A stretch of 64,000 bases of DNA from Octopus sinensis (taxonomy: Eukaryota), in NCBI RefSeq assembly GCF_006345805.1, contig NC_043026.1, positions 14,921,579-14,985,578 on the forward strand, in the 5' to 3' direction. The notes under the pieces are model-generated. The model was given only the letters and a program-made list of their open reading frames with translations. It had not been told where the DNA came from and did no database searches. Within the stretch, counting starts at the first letter, position 1; the number at the start of each line of letters is the position of its first letter. The position numbers and the translations under genes were made by a program. Of this stretch, positions 50,006 to 60,556 are shown piece after piece.

Positions 50006-52083
50006 TTTTTATATATATATAGCCGTATTTCGTCTGCCGCTACGTTCTGAGTTCAAATTCCGCCGTGGTCGACTTTGCCTTTCATCCTTTCGGGGTCGAT
50101 AAATTAAGTACCAGTTACGCACTTGGGTCGATGTAATCGACTTAATTCGTTTGTCTATCCTTGTTTGTTCCCTCTGTGTTTAGCCCCTTGTGGGTAATAA
50201 AGAAACATATATATATATATATATATATGATGGCGTTAGGAAGGGCATCCAGCTGTAGAAACATTGCCAGATAAGACTGGAGCCTGGTGCAGCCTTCTGG
50301 CTTCCCAGATCCCCGGTTGAACCGTCCAACCCATTCTAGCATGGAGAACAGATATTAAACGATGATGATGATATATATATGTGACCACGTGTGTACCGTT
50401 GGCGATTTTTTTTACCTCTGTCTTCCTTTCTCCTATGTTTCCGACGTTAAACCCTCCTTCTTTCCTGAGCGTCCAATAATACTATATTTGTTCCACGTCC
50501 TCGCGTTGTCGTGTTTTTTTGTGCTTTCTTGTTTAGATTAACTTTCGTTTGCCAGCCTCGTCTGGCACGTAAAAAGTACCCACTACACTCTCGGAGTGGT
50601 TGGCATTAGGAAGGGCATCCAGCTGTAGAAACTCTGCCAGATCAGACTGGGCCTGGCGCAGCCTTCTGGCTTCCCAGACCCCAGTTGAACCGTCCAACCC
50701 GTGCTAGCATGGGAAACAGACGTTAAAGGATGATGTTATATATATATATACATATATATATATATGCACACACACACACATAGGCGCAGGAGTGGCTGTG
50801 TGGTAAGTAGCTTGCTTACCAACCATATGGTTCCGGGTTCAGTCCCACTGCGTGGCACCTTGGGCAAGTGTCTTCTACTATAGCCTTGGGCTGACCAAAG
50901 CCTTGTGAGTGGATTTGGTGGATGGAAACTGAAAGAAGCCTGTCATATATGTATGTGTGTGTCTGTGTTTGTCCCCCCAATATCGCTTGACAACCAGTGG
51001 TGGCAAGCCTGCATCCTTGTAACTTAGCGGTTCAGCAAAAGAGCCCTATAGAATAATACTAGGCTTACAAAAAATAAGTCCTGGTGTCGATTTGTTTGCT
51101 CCAGCATGGCCACTGTCAAATGACTGAAACAAATAAAAGGATAAAGAATGTATGTATATATATATACATATATATATTCTTTCTTTCTTATTCTTTTACT
51201 TGTTTCAGTCATTTGACTGTGGCCATGCTGGAGCACCGCCTTTAAATGAGCAACTCGACCCCGGGTCTTATTCTTTGTAAGCCCAGTACTTATTCTATCG
51301 GTCTCTTTTGCCGAACCGCTAAGTAATGGGTACATAAACACACCAGCATCGGTTGTCAAGCAATGCTAGGGGGACAAACATAGACACACAAACACACACA
51401 CGCATATATATATACATACATATATATACATATATACGACGGGCTTCTTTCAGTTTCCGTCTACCAAATTCACTCACAAGGCTTTGGTCGGCCCGAGGCT
51501 ATAGTACAAGACGCTTGCCCAAGGTGCCGCGCAGTGGGACTGAACCCAGAACCATGTGATTGGTAAACAAGCTACTTACCACACATCCACTCCTGCGCCT
51601 CTCTCTCTCTCTCTCTGTATATATATATATATATATATATACATATATAGATAGATATATATATATATCCACAGACACACACACACACACACACATATAG
51701 TGATATATATATATATATGTATGTATGTATACACACATGCACACCCTGTCAAGTGTCTCTCCCCAAACACACAGGAAGTTGTGTGTCAATAGGTGAGCAT
51801 TAGTTCTGTTGTACTTTTAGTAGAGGAAGTGGCGCTGGTGGTGGTGTTGGTAAAGCTGTCAGTAGTTGTTGAAGCACAGGTCAGCTCATTCTGATGAAAG
51901 CCATTCCATCCCTGAACATCCTGTTTTTTTTTTATTCTTATCTAGTCAACTACATTACCTAGGGTGTGATTTGAGGTAGATTTGACTCCTATTTCTAATA
52001 CATCTAGCTATCATATCAGAACGCCATCATAGATCGTTAGCTCCTACATGCATTTTTTTCTCTCCTTGCTTTTGTTCTGTGTA

Positions 52084-52121
52084 TGTTTCTGACGAAGAGC
52101 ATAGGCTCGAAACGTAAAAGA
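52084..52121 (+). ncRNA. Minimal hammerhead motif with canonical CUGACGA core
   Basis: TTT-CTGACGA-A-GAGC(ATAG)GCTC-GAAA-CG-TA-AAA. Same family as 747-784. Confidence 0.65.
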
Positions 52122-52875
52122 CTTTTTCTCTTCCTGAGCGCCATACTAATACATTTGTTTGTTTGTTTGTACTCCACCTGCCTTCGTCTTCTACTCTTAC
52201 TCTTTTACTTGTTTCAGTCATTTGACTGCGGCCATGCTGGAGCACCACCTTTAGTCGAGCAACTCGACCCCGGGACTTATTCTTTTGTAAGCCAGTACTT
52301 ATTCTATCAGTCAGTTTTGCCAAACCGCTAAGTGACGGGGACGTAAACACACCAGCACTGGTTGTCAAACAATGCCAGAGGGACAAACACAGACACACAC
52401 ACATACATATATATATATACAACAGGCTTCTTTCAGTTTCCGTCTACCAAATCCACTCACAAGGCTTTGGTCGGCCCGAGGCTATAGCAGAAGACACTTG
52501 CCCAAGATGCCACGCAGTGGGACTGAACCCGGAACCATGTGGTTGGTTAGCAAGCTACTTACCACACAGCCACTCCTGCGCCTTTTGTTTATTTTCGTAA
52601 ACCTTCCCGTTATCATATAGGGGTCTCCCTCATTGTCTTGTACACATACATTGATGAGATAGAAGTGAGTGATTTGAGGGAGATTTGGCTGCTATATCTG
52701 TAAGTAAATGTCGAACAATGAGAATGAGTGTTCAGCGCCGCATTGGTGGATAAAATTTTTTTAAATGTGTATTAAGGCTACCATTAGTTTCATGTTAAGA
52801 AATGGAAACAAACACATTCCTCCATGTGATCAGCTTGAAAAATTGTTAGGATGTTAAGATATTTTTCTTATGAGC

Positions 52876-53190
52876 TACTAGCAGTATCGCCCGGCGTTGC
52901 TCAGGTTTGTAAGGGAAATAACTATATAAGCATTTTTAGAGAGTTACTTCCCTTATATAACCTGAGCAAAAATCATTAAAAATGGGAAAAAGTGATGGTA
53001 AATTTTTTTTAAAATCATAGACTCATCGTAGACGCGCGCTAATACCCAGAAGGGCTCGATATGAATCACGACTATAAGATACCCGCTTTTGGTTAAACTG
53101 CACTGCAAAATGTGGGAGTAGTTAGGAATCTAAATCGGAGTAGACAGACACACACACACACACACAACTTTAGTTTTATATATAAAGATT
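52876..53190 (+). mobile_element. Helentron/DINE-like non-autonomous element
   Basis: 5' TACTAGC...CCCGGCGTTGCTCAGG, inverted AGGGAAATAACT/AGTTACTTCCCT, and 3' (CAGA)(CA)n...TTTTATATATAAAGAT. Confidence 0.6.
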
Positions 53191-53620
53191 AGAGCAAGGT
53201 CATCAGCATAGAGGAGCTCCCAGGGGCATCCTGTCTTGAATTCCTTTGTTATTGCCTGGAGGACTATGATAAATAAGAGGGGGTTGAGGATTGATCCTTG
53301 GTGGACCCATACCCCTACCCAGGATTCTTCACTATACTCATTGCCAACCCTCATCTTACTGACAGCATCCCTGTACATGGCTTGTACAACGAAAGTCAAG
53401 TACAGAGGTTTATCTTTGGCTAGGTATTTCTCCTGCAGCTGCCTTACCAGGAATATAGCATCAGTGGTGCTTTTCCCTGGTACAACCTCAAACTGCATCT
53501 CATCTAAACTGACTCTCTCCCTAATTAGTTGGGCCGTGACCCTCTCCATGACTTTTATTACCTGATCCAACAACTTGATATCTTTGTAATTATTTGTGTC
53601 TAATGTATCACCTATATGTT
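53191..53620 (-). mobile_element. RTE-clade reverse transcriptase fragment with internal deletions
   Basis: DEMQF..PGKSTTDAIFLVRQLQEKY...VHQGSILNPLLFIIVL...WELLYADDLAL. Confidence 0.85.
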
Positions 53621-54550
53621 TCACCTGATTGACTATACAGGTGACTATAGCTGACACCACCACATATTTCCAGCATCTCTACTCTGATTCCTGATGGGCC
53701 AGGGGCTTTCCCTGTCTTCATACCCTTTATTGCTTTATCTACCAAGGTATTGTCAATTAGATAGCTGGTCCCTCTGAAAGAAGCCTGTCATATATGTATT
53801 TGTGTGTCTGTGTTTGTCCCCCCAACATTGCTTGACAACCAGTGGTGGCAAGCCTGCATCCTTGTAACTTAGGGTTCAGCTAAAGAGCCCTATAGAATAA
53901 TACTAGGCTTACAAAAAATAAGTCCTGGGGTCGATTTGTTTGCTCCAGCATGGCCACTGTCAAATGACTGAAACAAATAGAAGGATAAAGAATGTATATA
54001 TATATATATATATATTCTTTCTTTCTTATTCTTTTACTTGTTTCAGTCATTTGATTGCAGCCATGCTGGAGCACCGACTTTAAATGAGCAACTTGACCCC
54101 GGGACTTATTCAGCAGACTTTCTTTCTCCCATTCTTTCTCTTCATTTTGCAACCTTTCATAGAGGCATCTCTAAGTCTCTCTCTTTGCTGCTCCATTAAC
54201 TGCAATTAACTTCATATCTACACCAATTTACACCAGTAAATTCTAAATAAAGGAAGAAGAATCAGCATGAGAAATCTTTTGGAAACTTTCCAATTAAAAG
54301 ACAAATCCTCATTCAAACCCTATTTTGGTAAGCAGCTTGCTTACCAACCACATGGTTCCGGGTTCAGTCCCACTGCGTGGCACCTTGGGCAGGTGTCTTC
54401 TTCTATAATCTCGGGCCGACCAAAGCCTTGTGAGTGGATTTGGTAGATGGAAACTGAAAGAAGCCCGTCGTATATATGTATATATATATATATATATATA
54501 TGTGTGCGTGTTTGTTTGTGTGTCTGTGTTTGTCTCCCTAGCATTGCTTG

Positions 54551-56050
54551 ACAACTGATGCTGGTGTGTTTACGTCCCTGTAACTTAGCGGTTCGGCAAA
54601 AGAGACTGATAGAATAAGTTACTAGGCTTACAAAGAATAAGTCCCGGGATCGATTTGCTCGACTAAAGGCGGTGCTCCAGCATGGACACAGTCAAATGAC
54701 AACCGATGCTGGTGTGTTTACGTCCCCGTAACTTAGCAGTTCGGCAAAAGAGACTGATAGAGTAAGTACTAGGCTTACAAAGAATAAGTGCTGGGGTCGA
54801 TTTCCTCGACTAAAAGGCGGTGCTCCAGCATGGCCACAGTCAAATGACAACCGATGCTGGTGTGTTTACGTCCCCGTAACTTAGTGGTTCGGCAAAAGAG
54901 ACTGATAGAATAAGTTACTAGGCTTACAAAGAATAAGTGCTGGGGTCGATTTCCTCGACTAAAAGGCGGTGCTCCAGCATGGCCACAGTCAAATGACAAC
55001 CGATGCTGGTGTGTTTACGTCCCCGTAACTTAGCAGTTCGGCAAAAGAGACTGATAGAATAAGTTACTAGGCTTACAAAGAATAAGTGCTGGGGTCGATT
55101 TGCTCGACTAAAAGGCGGTGCTCCAGCATGGCCACAGTCAAATGACAACAGATGCTGGTGTGTTTACGTCCCCGTAACTTAGCAGTTCGGCAAAAGAGAC
55201 CGATAGAATAAGTTACTAGGCTTACAAAGAATAAGTGCTGGGGTCGATTTGCTCGACTAAAGGCGGTGCTCCAGCATGGCCACAGTCAAATGACAACAGA
55301 TGCTGGTGTGTTTACGTCCCCGTAACTTAGCAGTTCGGCAAAAGAGACTGATAGAATAAGTTACTAGGCTTACAAAGAATAAGTGCTGGGGTCGATTTGC
55401 TCGACTAAAGGCGGTGCTCCAGCATGGCCACAGTCAAATGACAACAGATGCTGGTGTGTTTACGTCCCCGTAACTTAGCAGTTCGGCAAAAGAGACTGAT
55501 AGAATAAGTTACTAGGCTTACAAAGAATAAGTCCTGGAGTCGATTTGCTCAACTAAAGGCGGTGCTCCAGCATGGCCACAGTCAAATGACAACAGATGCT
55601 GGTGTGTTTACGTCCCCGTAACTTAGCAGTTCGGCAAAAGAGACCGATAGAATAAGTTACTAGGCTTACAAAGAATAAGTGCTGGGGTCGATTTGCTCGA
55701 CTAAAAGGCGGTGCTCCAGCATGGCCACAGTCAAATGACAACAGATGCTGGTGTGTTTACGTCCCCGTAACTTAGCAGTTCGGCAAAAGAGACCGATAGA
55801 ATAAGTTACTAGGCTTACAAAGAATAAGTGCTGGGGTCGATTTGCTCGACTAAAAGGCGGTGCTCCAGCATGGCCACAGTCAAATGACAACAGATGCTGG
55901 TGTGTTTACGTCCCCGTAACTTAGCAGTTCGGCAAAAGAGACTGATAGAATAAGTTACTAGGCTTACAAAGAATAAGTGCTGGGGTCGATTTGCTCGACT
56001 AAAAGGCGGTGCTCCAGCATGGCCGCAGTCAAATGACTGAAACAAGTAAA
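54551..56050 (+). repeat. Ten tandem 148/149-bp units derived from the 3' half of SINE family A
   Basis: Units start at about 54551, 54698, 54847, 54996, 55145, 55293, 55441, 55589, 55738 and 55887. The junction is CAAATGAC|AACCGATG. Confidence 0.95.
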
Positions 56051-56099
56051 TGAAATGAATATATATATATATATGTTTGTGTCTGTCTCTCTATTTCAG

Positions 56100-56187
56100 A
56101 TATGATCAATATGTTAAAACTGTCTTTCCAACCTACTTGCTGCTGCTGGTTATTCACAGCGGGTGACGTGGTCGCTGCCCTCGCAAT
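56100..56187 (+). CDS. PPWD1: PPWD1 exon: (D)MINMLKLSFQPTCCCWLFTAGDVVAALA(I)
   Basis: Matches the remembered vertebrate PPWD1 segment [24 protein letters not shown]. Acceptor ctatttcag, donor GTAAGT, phase 1->2. Confidence 0.9.
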
Positions 56188-56301
56188 GTAAGTGTATACG
56201 TCATTGTTGTCAATAGCTGTCATCATCACCATCGTCATCATCACCAATATCAATCTTCTTATCATCCTCCTCCTCATCATTACCATCATCATCATCATCA
56301 T

Positions 56302-57225
56302 CTATTTCCTTACTACCCACAAGGGGCTAAACATAGAGGGGGACCAACAAGGACAGACAGACGGATTAAGTCGATTATATCGACCCCAGTGCGAAACTGG
56401 TACTTATTTAATCGACCCCCGAAAGGATGAAAGGCAAAGTTGACCTCAGCGGAATTTGAACTCAGAACATAACGGCAGACGAAATACCTATTTCTTTAAA
56501 GTCGATTATATCGACCCCAGTGCGTAACTGGTACTTATTTTAATCGACCCCCGAAAGGATGAAAGGCAAAGTCGACCTCAGCGGAATTTGAACTCAGAAC
56601 GTAGCGGCAGACGAAATACCTATTTCTTTACTACCCACAAGGGGCTAAACACAGAGGAGACAAACAAGGACAGACAGACGGATTAAGTCGATTATATCGA
56701 CCCCAGTGTGTAACTGGTACTTATTTTAATCGACCCCCGAAAGGATGAATGGCAAAGTTGACCTCAGCGGAATTTGAACTCAGAACGTAATGGCAGACGA
56801 AATACCTATTTCTTTACTACCCACAAGGGGCTAAACACAGAGGGGACAAACAAGGACAGACAGACGGAATAAGTCGATTATATCGACCCCAGTGTGTAAC
56901 TGGTACTTATTTAATCGACCCCCGAAAGGATGAATGGCAAAGTCGACCTCAGCGGAATTTGAACTCAGAACTTAGCGGCAGACGAAATACCTATTTCTTT
57001 ACTACCCACAAGGGGCTAAACACAGAGAGGGGACAAACAAGGACAGACAAAGGGATTAAGTCGATTATATCGACTCCAGTGTGTAACTGGTACTTATTTA
57101 ATTGACCCCTAGAGGATGAAAGGCAAAGTTGGCCTCGGCGGAATTCGAACTCAGAACGTAACAGCAGACGAAATACCGCTAAACATTTCGTCCGGTGTGC
57201 TAACGATTCTGCCAGCTCACCGCCC
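56302..57225 (-). repeat. About five tandem ~186-bp units of SINE family C
   Basis: Recurring GACGAAATACC|TATTTCTTT junction. One unit is internally truncated. Confidence 0.9.
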
Positions 57226-57440
57226 TCCTCTTCATCTTCATCACCATCTCTTTTTCCTTAAGCTTCCATGCATTTAACAGGTTATCTTCTAGTAGAGCAT
57301 CCTACGTAAGGAACAGATGTGTTTCCCAAAGTATAGACAGATATCTTTGAGTGAACACATAGAGAGATGTGCAAGAAATTTCAGTTTTCCTCACCTACCA
57401 GCAAAGAAACAATTTCTGTACAGGAACGTTTAAATGTAAA

Positions 57441-57930
57441 ATGGCTAACCACTAAGGGTGGGTGTTACTGTAGCTTTTAGCCCCAGGTGATCATCGTCTC
57501 CAGCTGGCTTTAGGCACACTATCTGTACTCTTATGGTATTTGCAAAGGGAGGTCATCCCTCTCTCGTCAACCTAAGTGATACGCACGGACTGCAGTTTCT
57601 AGGTATTTGCCTGTCTTCAGTGTACGGCAACCACCGGTTTTCGATGAAGGGAGACCTGTTTGCAAATCCTTATTTATTGTTTTTCCAGTAACTTCCGTCA
57701 CTGATTTCGAAAAACTGTCTGCAAGCAATAATAAATCTCTGAACGAGATGTAAACAGTAACCGCTCGACAATGTAAAGTATACTAGCCATCTCAATATGG
57801 CTAACCACTAGGGATGGGTGTTACTGTAGCTTGTAGCCCCAGGAGAACATCGTCTCCAGCTGGCTTTAGGCACGCTTTCTGTGCCCTTATGGTATTTGCA
57901 AAGGGAGGTCATCCCTCTCTCGTCAACCTA
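57441..57930 (-). mobile_element. 1.4-mer direct repeat (356-bp period) of the hammerhead-bearing family seen at 22308
   Basis: ATGGCTAACCACTA...GCAAAGGGAGGTCATCCCTCTCTCGTCAACCTA starts at 57441 and again at 57797. Confidence 0.75.
57583..57625 (-). ncRNA. Hammerhead-like motif in the 356-bp-period element
   Basis: Minus strand: GTACA-CTGAAGA-CAGG(CAAATA)CCTA-GAAA-CTGCAG-TC-CGTGC. Homologous to 22441-22485. Confidence 0.55.
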
Positions 57931-58547
57931 ATTGATACGAATAAAATTTATTTATCAAAAAATACAGAACATACCCCTAAATACGAATGTGTAAGCAATT
58001 TTGGTGCCAGTATATATTTTAATTCATGATCACATATCCATCACTGAACATATTTCATCTCATTACTTTAACTCATTAGTGGACTGGGTGCTTTCTCCAT
58101 CAGTGAGTCAACCAGTAACCCGAAAGACAAAGCTCTTCCTCACTCAACCGAGTGGGATGAATCATAATGAGGGAGATGACTTTCTGCCAGTTGAAGAGAG
58201 GTTAAAATTCAATACATGGACCAAAGCAGCAATTACCCCCCCCCCCTGTTCCAAATAATAACTATCACGAATTAACTACCCTTAGATTCTTTTTCTTTGT
58301 TGATTCATTCACAAACTTTCATACAAGAAACTAGACTAAAAACATCTTTAAAATATATGAAATCACAATAATTTCAATGTCATGATTAGCAAAAGCGAAA
58401 CCAGTCTACAACCACAATACTATTTCATTTAAAATATATTAAAACTATGTGAACTGTGTGCATTTTCCTTTTTTTAGTATATATGTGTTTTTTTGCATTA
58501 CAAGTCACCACATGGGGCTAATTGAAATTCTGTTTCCCTTTCCTTAC

Positions 58548-58585
<38 letters not shown>

Positions 58586-58748
58586 GTGTATAAATATATA
58601 TGTATGTATCTGTATGTGTGTACCCACATACATGTATGTGTATTCTGTATATTATAAAAAATTGTGTGTATATTATATATACATAAAATGTATGTTATAT
58701 ATGTGTGTTTATGTGTACATAATTGTCTTTCTGTTTCTGGTGCTGAAG

Positions 58749-58854
58749 AGCGGATAAAGAAAGCAACCGTATCTTTATCTTTGATGGGAAAGGCAAGAGT
58801 GAGCCATTACACATTGTTGACAAGTTACACAACAAGCCTGTCCACCTGATCTCT
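58749..58854 (+). CDS. PPWD1: PPWD1 exon: ADKESNRIFIFDGKGKSEPLHIVDKLHNKPVHLIS
   Basis: Similar to PPWD1 [26 protein letters not shown]. Phase 2->0 fixes the acceptor at ctgaag. Donor GTAAGT. Confidence 0.9.
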
Positions 58855-59029
58855 GTAAGTAGACAGTGTCTTTATTGTCTCTATCTTTACTCTCCATCTC
58901 TCTCTCTTTCTTATCTCCCAACTGGGGTCACTTTTTGGATCTTTTCCTTTCGAACGGCAGACAATTTCTAGTTAACTAAACACTTTAAAACTTCGTATAC
59001 TGGTAGAATGTGTCAAAATAAAAAATTTT

Positions 59030-59470
59030 TTTCTCTTGGCTTTCTTGAGAAAATTGTAATTTGTTTGTTTAACGTAGTTTAATTTTTCAAATTTTAACCA
59101 ATCCTATGCTCTCTTTTGAGCTAAAATCATTTGCTGCGTCTAAAACTGAGACAAAATCCTCTAACTAACCCTAAAACTCCCCCCTAACCCTAAATTTTTT
59201 TTTTCTTAATTGTTAAATTAATTTAATTGTCACGCGTGTAAAAAAAACTAAAGCAATGGAATTAAATTGATTTAACAATTAAGAAAAAAAATTTAGGGTC
59301 AGTATTGGGGAGGTTTAGGGTTAGTGACAGGATGTTGTCCCAATTTTAGACGCAGCAAATGATTTTAGTTGAATGGAGGTAATCGATTGGTTAAAATTGT
59401 CGAAATGCTCAGATTTTCAGACGAAATATCTTACAAACTATAGAATTTTCTCAATAAAGCCAAGAAAAAA
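59030..59470. mobile_element. Foldback/MITE-like imperfect inverted repeat, about 440 bp
   Basis: Successive reverse-complement blocks, e.g. CTAAAATCATTTGCTGCGTCTAAAA / TTTTAGACGCAGCAAATGATTTTAG and TTGGCTTT.TTGAGAAAATT / AATTTTCTCAATAAAGCCAAG. Confidence 0.8.
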
Positions 59471-59553
59471 TGATGTTTATGACACCAGCAGTTATGTTAA
59501 CGCCTGTATGTATATATGTATGTATATCTTTTGTTTTCTCCTATTTTCAACAG

Positions 59554-59697
59554 TACAACTCGCAGTTTGATGTGGTGGTCTCCTCAGACGAGAGTGGAAT
59601 GCTGGAGTATTGGACCGGTCCTAAACGTGACTACGGCTTCCCAAAGAACATCAGCTGGTTGTACAAAACAGACACTGATCTCTATGACTTCATTAAG
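59554..59697 (+). CDS. PPWD1: PPWD1 exon: [48 protein letters not shown]
   Basis: Contains the characteristic SSDxSGMxEYWTG and YKTDTDLY motifs. Canonical cag/GTAAGT, phase 0->0. Confidence 0.95.
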
Positions 59698-59797
59698 GTA
59701 AGTTTGCTCTTCTCTAACAATGCTAATCTCTTTCACGTTGAGGGATAGATGAGAGAGTTGTTGTTGTTATTGACATTGTCGTCACCGTCTAGGTATG

Positions 59798-59856
<59 letters not shown>

Positions 59857-60074
59857 TGTATATATACTCTCTCTTTTTACTCTCTTTTACTTGTTTCAGT
59901 CATTTGACTGCGGCCATGCTGGAGCACCGCCTTTAGTCGAGCAAATCGACCCCGGGACTTATTCTTTGTAAGCCCAGTACTTATTCTATCGGTCTCTTTT
60001 GCCGAACCGCTAAGTGACGGGGACGTAAACACACCAGCATCGGTTGTCAAGCAATGCTAGGGGGACAAACACAG

Positions 60075-60123
<49 letters not shown>

Positions 60124-60410
60124 ATATATATATACGACAGGCTTCTTTTCAGTTTCCGTCTACCAAATCCACTCACAAGGCATTGGTCGGCATGGGGCTA
60201 TAGCAGAAGACACTTGCCCAAGGTGCCACGCAGTGGGACTGAACCTGGAACCATGTGGTTGGTTAGCAAGTTGCTCGACTAAAGGCGGTGCTCCAGCATG
60301 ACCGCAGTCAAAATGACTGAAACAAGTAAAAGAGTATATGTACATACATGCACACATATATACACACACACATCTTGGGTCTTCTGGATACCAATACCTC
60401 TTATATGAAT

Positions 60411-60447
<37 letters not shown>

Positions 60448-60481
60448 ATATTTCTTTATCTCCCTCTCTCTCTTTTTACAG

Positions 60482-60556
60482 TATAAATCAATTCCTACCC
60501 ACCTGTCTTTCTCCCCCAATGGTTTGTTAATGGCTGCAGTCTCCACTGACAGAAAG
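60482..60556 (+). CDS. PPWD1: PPWD1 exon: YKSIPTHLSFSPNGLLMAAVSTDRK
   Basis: WD40 segment FSPxG...DRK. Acceptor tttttacag, donor GTATGT, phase 0->0. Confidence 0.9.

Noticed and set aside
52670-52705. Possible PPWD1 exon (EGDLAAIS followed by GTAAGT)
   Set aside because: GAGGGAGATTTGGCTGCTAT is a repeat also seen near 11625 and 51970, and the true exon is at 56100.
58743-58780. CTGAAGA at the PPWD1 acceptors (58743, 63711) as hammerhead cores
   Set aside because: There is no stem II or palindromic helix III. The match is explained by the splice acceptor plus the first exon base.
59160-59325. Telomeric repeats (CCCTAA/TTAGGG-like)
   Set aside because: They are isolated degenerate units that form part of the foldback element arms.
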